From assembly GCA_029932675.1 (NCBI GenBank), contig JAOZPP010000008.1, positions 130 to 64,129 of the forward strand: a stretch of DNA of 64,000 nt. The letters are read 5' to 3'. The position numbers were made by a program, and so were the translations under genes. Positions 42,255 to 50,917 of this stretch are shown here, piece by piece (position 1 is the stretch's first letter; the number at the start of each line of letters is the position of its first letter). The notes below the pieces were generated by a model. That model was not told the DNA's origin. It made no database searches and saw nothing but the letters and a program-made list of their open reading frames with translations. This stretch comes from a bacterium (lineage in GTDB: Bacteria > SM23-81 > DAOVCL01).

Positions 42255-45200
42255 TTATTTCAACAGGATCATCTTTTTGACGGCGGTAAACTCCCCGGCT
42301 TTGAGCCTATAGAAGTAGATACCAGAGGCTATACTATGAGCATTCCAAGTGATGGTCTTATAGCCAGGGGTCTGTTTACCATCCACCAGGATGGCTACTT
42401 TCTGTCCCAAGACGTTGTAGACCTCCAGGCTAACCGCTGATCGTTGATCGCTGACCGCTGGAATAGTGTAACGAATCACAGTGGTTGCATTGAAGGGATT
42501 AGGATAGTTCTGGGAGAGGCTGAACTTCTCCGGAAGCCTCTCGTTGGAGGGGGTTTCTTCCGCTTTTACTCCTGTCCAGGGGGTGACCTCGAAATCGTCA
42601 ATAAACCAACCGCCATAGGTGACATAGCCGTCTGACCCAAATCGGAAACGAAACCTTACCGTCCCCGAATAACCGGAGAGATCGAATTCGACTTTGGACC
42701 AGTCAGATTGGCCAGAGAAACAGGGGGTACCAGGATTGAAGGGGCTTGCTGGGTTGTCTATGATCAAGTATGGATAGCCGCCGATTGGGGTTATCTGCTG
42801 CCAACCGCTTCCACTGTCTATCTCCACGATGCCACCGTCCCAGGCCCAGGTAGCATCCTCTGTCTCAGCGCTGATCCAGTGCCAGAAGGAGAGTTTTGCG
42901 TTCTGGCCCAGCCTCACCTCTGGGGAGACAAGTCCCGCATCATCAAGGTTGGAATAGCTGCTTGAGACCTTGCCGCACTTCCAACTATATCGTCCTCCAG
43001 AGGTATGGTTTCTCTCGGTGCTCAAGTGCCATTCGTCCTTGTAACCTGGGGTGACTGAGTAGTGCATCCAATCCTCCCTCCACCAATCTTCCATAGGGTC
43101 TACATAGCCTGTGCTATCCCCTACAGAGGTATTGAAGCTGGCAGACCCCTTAAATCCCCTTTCTCCTCGGATCTCCAGATCAAAAACGACTATATACGGG
43201 TCGATTGAACAGCCGGGTGCGACAGAGAATTCAAAGGGGAAGGTGGGGGAGACCGTACTGTCGGGAAGGGCATTGGGATAACCTGCGCTATCCACCAAGA
43301 TATTCACCCAGGAGGCACTAGTGGAAATCCTTGCCCAAAGGGAGGTCAGATCTGCCGTTCCCTGGTTGAGAAGCTCGATGTAAAGCTGCACAGTATCCCC
43401 TGGATCGGCGTTTCCATCTCCATTCCCGGAAGCGGTATCCACAATACTATAGGAATTAAAAACCAGATCGGGGGCCTTTGTGAGCAGCTCTATAATCTGG
43501 TGGCGTTGGAAACCTCCGCTGGCCGTAACATCCACCCTCAGATTGGCTCTATGCTCAGGCGGAGAGGTACCGGCGAGGGAAAGAGCAAAGGGTTGGAGGC
43601 TCGGGACCCTTGACCAGGGAGAGGCATCTGGGAAGTTGACATTCTCAGTCAAGATGTTTACCAGCGTATCTTCAGTAGAGAGGGTGGCTGATATTTGGGT
43701 GAGGCTCTGACTGCTCATATTCTCCAGAACCACCTCCATCTCTATTGTCTCCCCGGCCTCGAATTCCCCATCCCCGTCCCCATCGCTTTGCCCTGCTTGG
43801 TCATCATCAATTGTTTGGGAAAGAAAATAGAGCCCATCAGCCTTTCTGCACAGCCCAGGCTCCCCATATAGGGTGAACTCATAAACGTTTTGGAGTTCCG
43901 TATCCCCGAAATGATCAATGTAGTTGAGCTTGGCACTCATCAGGGCATCCCCTACTTTTTCCGAATTGTTAATTAGGTGGTGATAGAACCAGTAGTCCAA
44001 GGAATTGCAGCCTCCATCGTTTTCATCGTCCCAACCCCAGGCTCCAAAGGCGACCCTGGTGGCGACCACAATTCCTGCAGAGCCATTTTTCAAAAGCTCC
44101 TTGCCGATGTTGTCCTCCTCAGGCACCCCGTTAGAGCAGGAAGAGCCAAAGATGATAGACGGGTAGCTGTCATCGAGAAGGGGAACCTGATCCGTGGAGA
44201 TGAAGGGAGTACCGTGAAACTCAGGAGGATCACAGGTATCCTCAGGCACTCCATCGCCGTCGTCCCAGCTCCAAATCCTCCGGTAGGAACCATACCAGTT
44301 GCCATGGCCAGACCAGTTGCAGATCCCATAATGGCCTGAATTCCAATAGGAGACCACATTCGAGGTGCAGAGGGAGTCCTCATGGGGATAGGATGAAGGG
44401 TCAAGGCCGGCATCCTCGTAGAGGCGGGTATAGCTTGAGGTTGGGGGAAGGATATCGGCTATCATCTTCTCCATCAGACAAGCCCCATCGGTTTTTAGGC
44501 TTCCCCCTCCGTTCTCATTCCCATACCAGGTTATCGCCGCCAAAAGCAGAGCGTCATCCTTCCAATCCCCTCCATCTGATTCAAACCTCACCAGCTTCTC
44601 ACAGATTGTCTGCACTGTGGCCGGATCGCCCCAAGGGATTCTCCCCGGTGTTATCTCCGGGATTAAGTCGAAATCGTCCTCCCCGACCTCACCATAGTAG
44701 CCATCACCATCTGAATCCCAGTCCCCAGTTAGGTCGGCGTAGTAGTAGTCAGTCCAGGGGGAATACCAGCCAGCGGAATCATGCTCAGAGGGATAGGGGA
44801 AGCATTGCCGCATAGGGACATCCGTGATGTCTCCCACAAACAGCACCCACCTTATCCCCCACTGGGATTGGGGATACTTGTCGATGAGGAAGTTTCTTAT
44901 CCTCTCGGCCAGGTCCTCCCCGGTGTAATGGGCAGAGATCCAGGAAGTGGTAACGACCTCCACCCCATAGCCTATACCCTCTTTCCAGGCAACGAGGGTG
45001 TCCACCGCGCTCTCCAGGGCGTCAGTGGTGACTATCACATACTCGTAGGTGCTTTTGGAATCCCCCATGGAAGGAGGATACCAACTTTTGATCTGGGGGT
45101 AATTGACAAACAGTTTGGAGGCCAGTTCTTCAGCCAGGATATCGGAGGCTAACCTTTTGGCCTCCTTCTCCTGCTGGCTGCCCTTTGAGGGAAGGGAATA

Positions 45201-45746
45201 GTTTACCGAAACAACTAAGGAGCTCCGGTAGGTGAGCCTTCCTGATCTGGGGAAATAGGAGAAGGGATAAAAGGCAACCCTCACCAAGGGATATCTCCTT
45301 AGTGCCCCAAAGCCGAGGTACTTACCCCCCTGGGAAGGATAGGCTGCATTAGATTCATAGGTCTCTTCATAGTTAGTGCGGTACTCCTGGAGAGCCCTCT
45401 TTATGAGAGCGGGAATAGGATCCATCGGGAGCATAGGCGGAGCCGGCCTGATCCTATATTTTCCTGCTAAATCCAAGGGGCTCCCCTCACCGATCTCCAC
45501 TGAAGAGACCTCTGCTCCCGGGGGTAGGGCAATGGTAAAGACCTTCATCGGCAATTTAGGTTTACCGGAAATCAGGAGGCTGCCGAACTCCTCCATCACT
45601 ATCTCATCATATCCCTCAACATCCTTGAGGATCTCGTAAGGGTTAGCCCTCAAGGTCACCTTTAGGTTCTCAGCTCTTGCACCCCTCCCTAAGAGGGACA
45701 AGAGCAAAGCCAACGCTGCGGTAAAGCCCAATCTCGGTGAGATCAT
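42255..45746 (-). CDS. Secreted C25 cysteine peptidase with propeptide, Ig-like domains, InhA/adhesin-like beta-sandwich and C-terminal sorting domain
   Basis: VLFVGD, DYYYADL, PGRIP, NWSGHG, SSCSNG; LSFWHW...DGGIVE...FRFRFGSD...GWFIDD; QNYPNPFN tail. Confidence 0.85.
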   Translation of the reverse strand: MISPRLGFTAALALLLSLLGRGARAENLKVTLRANPYEILKDVEGYDEIVMEEFGSLLISGKPKLPMKVFTIALPPGAEVSSVEIGEGSPLDLAGKYRIRPAPPMLPMDPIPALIKRALQEYRTNYEETYESNAAYPSQGGKYLGFGALRRYPLVRVAFYPFSYFPRSGRLTYRSSLVVSVNYSLPSKGSQQEKEAKRLASDILAEELASKLFVNYPQIKSWYPPSMGDSKSTYEYVIVTTDALESAVDTLVAWKEGIGYGVEVVTTSWISAHYTGEDLAERIRNFLIDKYPQSQWGIRWVLFVGDITDVPMRQCFPYPSEHDSAGWYSPWTDYYYADLTGDWDSDGDGYYGEVGEDDFDLIPEITPGRIPWGDPATVQTICEKLVRFESDGGDWKDDALLLAAITWYGNENGGGSLKTDGACLMEKMIADILPPTSSYTRLYEDAGLDPSSYPHEDSLCTSNVVSYWNSGHYGICNWSGHGNWYGSYRRIWSWDDGDGVPEDTCDPPEFHGTPFISTDQVPLLDDSYPSIIFGSSCSNGVPEEDNIGKELLKNGSAGIVVATRVAFGAWGWDDENDGGCNSLDYWFYHHLINNSEKVGDALMSAKLNYIDHFGDTELQNVYEFTLYGEPGLCRKADGLYFLSQTIDDDQAGQSDGDGDGEFEAGETIEMEVVLENMSSQSLTQISATLSTEDTLVNILTENVNFPDASPWSRVPSLQPFALSLAGTSPPEHRANLRVDVTASGGFQRHQIIELLTKAPDLVFNSYSIVDTASGNGDGNADPGDTVQLYIELLNQGTADLTSLWARISTSASWVNILVDSAGYPNALPDSTVSPTFPFEFSVAPGCSIDPYIVVFDLEIRGERGFKGSASFNTSVGDSTGYVDPMEDWWREDWMHYSVTPGYKDEWHLSTERNHTSGGRYSWKCGKVSSSYSNLDDAGLVSPEVRLGQNAKLSFWHWISAETEDATWAWDGGIVEIDSGSGWQQITPIGGYPYLIIDNPASPFNPGTPCFSGQSDWSKVEFDLSGYSGTVRFRFRFGSDGYVTYGGWFIDDFEVTPWTGVKAEETPSNERLPEKFSLSQNYPNPFNATTVIRYTIPAVSDQRSAVSLEVYNVLGQKVAILVDGKQTPGYKTITWNAHSIASGIYFYRLKAGEFTAVKKMILLK

Positions 45747-45800
45747 AGTTTCTCCTTGTTTTAATTTCGAAGTAAAAAAGTGGATATAAAACAGGCATTT

Positions 45801-48113
45801 CTATTTGAGCAAGATCATCTTCCTGACGGAGGTAAACCCCCCGGCCTTAAGCCTGGAGAAGTAGATACCGGAGGCCATCCCTGCGGCATCCCAGGTAACC
45901 ATCTTGTACCCAGGGGTTTGCTTCTCATCCACCAGAGTGGCCACCCTCTGCCCTAAGATGTTGTATACCTCCAAACGGACGTGTATCGTGCTCGTGGCTC
46001 GTGCTCGTGAACCCCCCTCTGCCAGACCCTTGAGGTTAGTGGGGGAGGAACGATCTCCGGGTAACGAGTAACGAATAACGGTAGTGGAGTTAAACGGGTT
46101 GGGGTAGTTCTGGAAAAGCCCAAACTTAGTGGGAAGATCTAAGGAGGACCCCCCTTCGGTTACGCCCACGCCAATGGTCACTGGCTTTAATTGGCTGAAA
46201 TCCCCCCAGCTATGGGCCTGGTTGTGTCCCCTAACGCGATAGTAGTAGGTGGCATCAGGTCTACCCTCTACCTGGTAGAAGGTATCTGTGAGGGCAGCAG
46301 AGAGGGTATCGATCTTGCTGAAGTAGGGCACAGGATGGATATCGTCCACATAGAAGCCTTCGTTTTGGGTGGCGTCGTCGGTTATATATCTAAATTGCAA
46401 AAATATGGATCCCCCTGCGAACCCCTCTAAGCTATAGGACTTCCTCATCCAGCTCTTTTGTTCCCCCGTAAACTGGTCTAAGATATACCACTGCCTCCCT
46501 TGAGGGGAAACCTCTACATACGCATAATCCCATCCCTCTTCTATGTCATACCAGCACCAGAAACTCAGGGAGTCGCCGGAGGAGACAGGAAGGGGATACT
46601 TGGTGGTCATGGTGGTCACATCGTTTCCCGATTGGGTGGTGGAATAATAGCTGTGGGTTGAGCTATGGTATCTGGAAGTGTTCACCGAAAAGCCACCCAT
46701 CTCCCAGAGGGAGTTGGTCCATCCTTCACCCTCATCTGTGGGCAAATAGAGGCCGGAGAGCTCATCAAGCTCGTATCGATCCGGCTGAGCAGCAGGGTTC
46801 TGGGGTGCCCACCTGATGGTGTAGGACCCAGCGGAGATACTATCCGGGGTAGCCACAACCGGGGGCATGACCCTGGGGGTTAAGAGGCCAGCCACGCTGT
46901 CGGCTACATCACAGAGGTAGAGGGCACCATTGAGGTTCTCCCTCTCCACCTGGTTTAAGACCGACTCTGAGGGATGAAAATCACTGCAGGCCTCAACCGT
47001 ATAGGGCAATGAATTCCCCCCGGCCACAAAGAGCATAAATCCATATACCCAATCATCTGTGTCTCCAGTAGTGGGATACATCCCTGGGCCAGCAGATTGG
47101 AAGGCATCATAGGTGCCGCTTCCTCCTTGTCTGGTAATGCGCGCAGCCATCTCTTGACCTATGCCAGAGATGAGCTCGTTGTCTGGAACCTGCACCCCGA
47201 TGTGATAACCCCAGGGCCACATCACACATTCCGAATAAGTGTGATAGGAAACGGTAAAGACGAAGTTGTGGACCGCTACCAGGTCCCTCACTGCTTGGGT
47301 CTCCTCTTCGGAAAAGGGGGAGGGACCATCATAAAGTGAGTAGCTTGGCCAATGGGTGGTGGCCCATCCTGGTATGCAACCCCACTCCCCTCTCCGGTCC
47401 CCGTTGCAACTGCCATCATAGTTCCTGTTCAGATCAACCCCATAAGTGTTGAACTCTGGGAAGTACCTCCGATTCTTCCTCCAATCATGTCCCAGGTCAT
47501 GGCAGTAATGGTAGCCATCGGGGTTGACACAGGGGATGATCCAGATCTCCCTTTGGTTCACCACCTCCGTGATGTGAGGATCTGAACCATAGCCCCTCAC
47601 TAAGGTGTCGGCAAAGAATAGGGGTATCTCCAAGGCAGGCCATTCCCGGGCATGGTGGAGGCCCATAAAGAGGAGCTCGGCCTCCCCTTCCTCGGCCCCT
47701 ACGTTGTCGGAGATCTTTAAGGCCAGAATCTCCCTCCCCTCATAGGTCCATCCCAGGGTGTCTAAGGAGACGATCTCCGGATGATCTATGGCTAGGGCCC
47801 GCAAGCTATCCACTACCTGCTGGTAGGTATGATATTCTCCCTTCACCTGGCGTTCATACCTTTCAATGTCCGGGATACGCACTTGGACCTTCCACCCAAG
47901 GCTTTTCAACTTGAGCAAACCCTCATCCGTGGTGACCAAATCGAACCATTCACCCCTCTTGAATCCAGCAATATCCAAGCCCTTGAATAGGGGGGGAGCC
48001 TTGGTCAAATCGGTTGTGTAGACCCTCACCAATAGCTTGGTCCCACCAGCCACCTGAGGTGCTAACAGCATCCCTCCCACCAATACAGCCAAGAAAAATA
48101 TCCTCCTCCTCAT
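45801..48113 (-). CDS. Secreted M14 zinc carboxypeptidase (carboxypeptidase T-like) with beta-sandwich, FN3-like and C-terminal sorting domains
   Basis: HHAREW, NPDG, WRKNR, DLNRN, HTYSE; start at MRRRIFF. Confidence 0.9.
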   Translation of the reverse strand: MRRRIFFLAVLVGGMLLAPQVAGGTKLLVRVYTTDLTKAPPLFKGLDIAGFKRGEWFDLVTTDEGLLKLKSLGWKVQVRIPDIERYERQVKGEYHTYQQVVDSLRALAIDHPEIVSLDTLGWTYEGREILALKISDNVGAEEGEAELLFMGLHHAREWPALEIPLFFADTLVRGYGSDPHITEVVNQREIWIIPCVNPDGYHYCHDLGHDWRKNRRYFPEFNTYGVDLNRNYDGSCNGDRRGEWGCIPGWATTHWPSYSLYDGPSPFSEEETQAVRDLVAVHNFVFTVSYHTYSECVMWPWGYHIGVQVPDNELISGIGQEMAARITRQGGSGTYDAFQSAGPGMYPTTGDTDDWVYGFMLFVAGGNSLPYTVEACSDFHPSESVLNQVERENLNGALYLCDVADSVAGLLTPRVMPPVVATPDSISAGSYTIRWAPQNPAAQPDRYELDELSGLYLPTDEGEGWTNSLWEMGGFSVNTSRYHSSTHSYYSTTQSGNDVTTMTTKYPLPVSSGDSLSFWCWYDIEEGWDYAYVEVSPQGRQWYILDQFTGEQKSWMRKSYSLEGFAGGSIFLQFRYITDDATQNEGFYVDDIHPVPYFSKIDTLSAALTDTFYQVEGRPDATYYYRVRGHNQAHSWGDFSQLKPVTIGVGVTEGGSSLDLPTKFGLFQNYPNPFNSTTVIRYSLPGDRSSPTNLKGLAEGGSRARATSTIHVRLEVYNILGQRVATLVDEKQTPGYKMVTWDAAGMASGIYFSRLKAGGFTSVRKMILLK

Positions 48114-48419
48114 CTCCCTTTCCAGGCTAAATGTTGATAACCCGTTCACCGATCTACAGTCCTTCTCAAATCGCCAAGGATCCTTTCGGAACCTTGGAGG
48201 ATCTGAAGGGGCTCTCTGGGTAAAGCCCCTCCATAGATCAATTTACCAACTTCATCGGTTTAAGTCTTTTTTTTTCAGCCCTTTTCCGATCTTACCCTAA
48301 ATTTAACTAAATTTAAGCCAATAAGCAAGCGATTTCTACATTTTCAGTGGCCAAGTAGCTAACCCAACTTTTCCCATTAGGACTTTTCAACCCTTCCCGC
48401 CTCGGCCTTTGCCTGAGGA

Positions 48420-50150
48420 TCAGGGAGGGGGGGGACGTTTTGGTTCCACAAAAAGCGTCCTTTCCCTCTGGACGACTACCATCCCTGGCTTGGCTCCCCT
48501 GGGCCGCCGTACCCACTTCTTCAGGGTATAGATTACTGGGACAACCTTCGATGTACGGGCTCGACTGAAAAAGGCTGCCGCAGAGGCGGCCTCAGAGAGG
48601 GCCCTTTGGGAGGGGGCATCCTTCCTCCCGCCCCTTCTGATGATCACATGGGAACCAGGGACCCCTTGGGCATGAAGCCAGACATCATCTGGGTTGGCTA
48701 TCCGATGGGTTAGTTCCTCGTTTTGACTTGCCCCTTTCCCCACGAGAACCTCCCAGCCATCAGAGGTGTGAAACTTGATAAATTTAGTCCTTGCTTCCTC
48801 CTCAGCCTTCCTTGCCGGAGGGGGGATAACCCCTAATTGCCGAAGCTTTGCCTCCGCCCTTTCTACCATAAGGGGGTCATTCGATCCCTCTAAGCCATCC
48901 CGCAGGGTTTCCATTGCCTTTAACCTTTCATTCAGTTCGGCTATTCTCCTCTTTAAATGGACTTTGGCCCTTTTGGCCTTTCCATAAAGTCGGTAATAGA
49001 GTTGGGCGTTTTCCTGAGGAGTTCGCTGGGGATCGAGTTCCACCTCTATTGGTTCCCCTTCCGGATCGTAGAGGTTGGGCAACCTAACCTTATTCGCCCC
49101 TTTTTTCAATTCCCTGAGGTGAGAGATGATCAAATCACCCTTGAGCTTATAATCCTCGGCATTCTCCGCCCGTAGGTAGTCTTCCCCCAGTTTGCTGAGG
49201 AGAACCTCCAGATTTTTAGATTTCCGGCCCAAGAGCTTAAGCAGATAGGCCTTTTGGTTAGAGAGCCTCAGGTGGCTTCTTTTTTCATCGAATAGGTAAC
49301 AGAGGGCTTCATTAACCGAGCCAAACCTTTTCCTTCTCTCCGGTGGTATCCCCCTGATTTCTGTGATGCTCAGCCAGTCTGGTCTACCCTCCTGATCAAA
49401 GATAACCTCTGGGTTGACTACCCCTTTTCTCCACTCATCGAGGACCTTCCCCAATTCCCTGAGGAGAAGATCCATCCTTTTGGTCTCTATAGGGTGGTCT
49501 TTAGGGTCGATCCCCACCCTACCCAATATCTCTCCAACCAGTTTCTCCGTAATCCCCCTTATCCCCTGCTCCACGGCTAGACCAATGGGGATTCCCCTCC
49601 TCGCCTCCAACTCCTTCCTTATTTCGGTTAGGGATGATTGGAGGGGGTTTAGACCCGGAAGGGGTGGGGGGGGATGGTAATTGGCTCCTGGGGATATCTC
49701 CCTTGTCCCTCCCCTTGGTGAACTGCGCAAGGTGGCCAGGACCTTCCCTAAGCGATCGAGAAGGATGAGGTTGCTGTGCCTGCCGAGAAGCTCGGCTACC
49801 AGGGTATACTCCTCAAAGGGGATTAGATCGGTCCTCTTTCGAAAGACAAACCTGAGGATCCTGTCGAAGTCCGGTTGGTATACAGCGAATAGGGTAGAAC
49901 CGCCGATTACCCTCTGGAGGGTGGAGCCAAAACCAGATGGGGATTTGGGGCGCTCTTTCCCCAAGCGAAAGCAGATATGGGAGAGGGTAGGGTGGGCGGA
50001 GAGCCTCAAGAGCCAGATCTGGCCGGCCTGAGAGATCCCCACTTCCACCTCTTCCCCTGCAGGCTGTCCCACTCCCAGTACCCTCCCCCCTAGCAAGCAA
50101 CCCTTAATCTCGGATTGAAGGAAGTGGATTATCGGTCCATCAAGGGACAT
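48420..50150 (-). CDS. rqcH: NFACT/Rqc2 (FbpA-like) ribosome quality control protein
   Basis: MSLDG, DRIL, ELLGRHSNLIL, ENAQ.YY, WLHA..PGSHV. Confidence 0.9.
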   Translation of the reverse strand: MSLDGPIIHFLQSEIKGCLLGGRVLGVGQPAGEEVEVGISQAGQIWLLRLSAHPTLSHICFRLGKERPKSPSGFGSTLQRVIGGSTLFAVYQPDFDRILRFVFRKRTDLIPFEEYTLVAELLGRHSNLILLDRLGKVLATLRSSPRGGTREISPGANYHPPPPLPGLNPLQSSLTEIRKELEARRGIPIGLAVEQGIRGITEKLVGEILGRVGIDPKDHPIETKRMDLLLRELGKVLDEWRKGVVNPEVIFDQEGRPDWLSITEIRGIPPERRKRFGSVNEALCYLFDEKRSHLRLSNQKAYLLKLLGRKSKNLEVLLSKLGEDYLRAENAEDYKLKGDLIISHLRELKKGANKVRLPNLYDPEGEPIEVELDPQRTPQENAQLYYRLYGKAKRAKVHLKRRIAELNERLKAMETLRDGLEGSNDPLMVERAEAKLRQLGVIPPPARKAEEEARTKFIKFHTSDGWEVLVGKGASQNEELTHRIANPDDVWLHAQGVPGSHVIIRRGGRKDAPSQRALSEAASAAAFFSRARTSKVVPVIYTLKKWVRRPRGAKPGMVVVQRERTLFVEPKRPPPP

Positions 50151-50314
50151 AGAAACACCTCAGCGGTTAAGTCTAATAATGACAAAAACTCAAACCTCAT
50201 AAGCGAGAGGGCAAGCTGGGATGGGCCTCAGCAAGAGGTAATAGGGAAGATGGGGAATTGGGCTGGCAGAACTGGGGAAACCAAGGAGGTGATACCCCTT
50301 ATTTAAGGGAGAGA

Positions 50315-50917
50315 CTAAGCGGTCTTCTTTAAACCCTGCACAAGGGATCGTCCAGCTTCGAAGGCAGTTAGGTTCACCTCTAAGGCCTTTGGAGGGATCC
50401 TCCCCTCGATGGCTTTTCTCCAGGACTGGGGGGAAAGGGAAAGGTAGGAGGAGAGGCAACCTAAGAGGGCGACATTGACGGTGCGCAGGTTGCCTACTTT
50501 TCTGGCGATCTGCAGGCCATCGAGGAAGACAGCCTCCCTCTGGGAGCTGACCCTTTCCTTAATATTTCCCGGGTATGATTCTCCCTTGGCGGAGAGGGAG
50601 AGGGGGACAATTCTCTGTAGGTTGACCAAGATCAGACCGTCTTCTTTAAGGTAGTGGACCCACCGCAAGGTCTCCAGTTCCTCGAAACTGAGGAGGAAGT
50701 CCGCTTCTCCCTGGGGGATGAGGGGGGAGAAGACCTTCTCACCGAACCTGATATTGCTGACCACACTGCCCCCTCTCTGGGCCATCCCGTGCACCTCACT
50801 CTTCTTCACATCCCAGCCATCCCCAATTGCGGCCAGGGCGAGGACCTCACTGGCCAGGAGGATCCCCTGCCCACCAACCCCGCAGATAAGGATATTGGTT
50901 GGCTTATCCCTCTTCAA
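50315..50917 (-). CDS. iorB: Indolepyruvate:ferredoxin oxidoreductase beta subunit
   Basis: GVGGQG, SEVHGMAQRGGSV; TTG start at 50917 overlapping iorA end. Confidence 0.9.
   Translation of the reverse strand: MKRDKPTNILICGVGGQGILLASEVLALAAIGDGWDVKKSEVHGMAQRGGSVVSNIRFGEKVFSPLIPQGEADFLLSFEELETLRWVHYLKEDGLILVNLQRIVPLSLSAKGESYPGNIKERVSSQREAVFLDGLQIARKVGNLRTVNVALLGCLSSYLSLSPQSWRKAIEGRIPPKALEVNLTAFEAGRSLVQGLKKTA

Noticed and set aside
32279-46080. CRISPR array from the 35-39-bp palindromic repeats
   Set aside because: Copies are kilobases apart inside coding regions, with no spacer periodicity and no cas genes
32093-46130. Diversity-generating retroelement (TR/VR) explanation for the repeated 3' ends
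   Set aside because: No reverse transcriptase in the window, all copies are coding, and differences include indels and non-adenine changes
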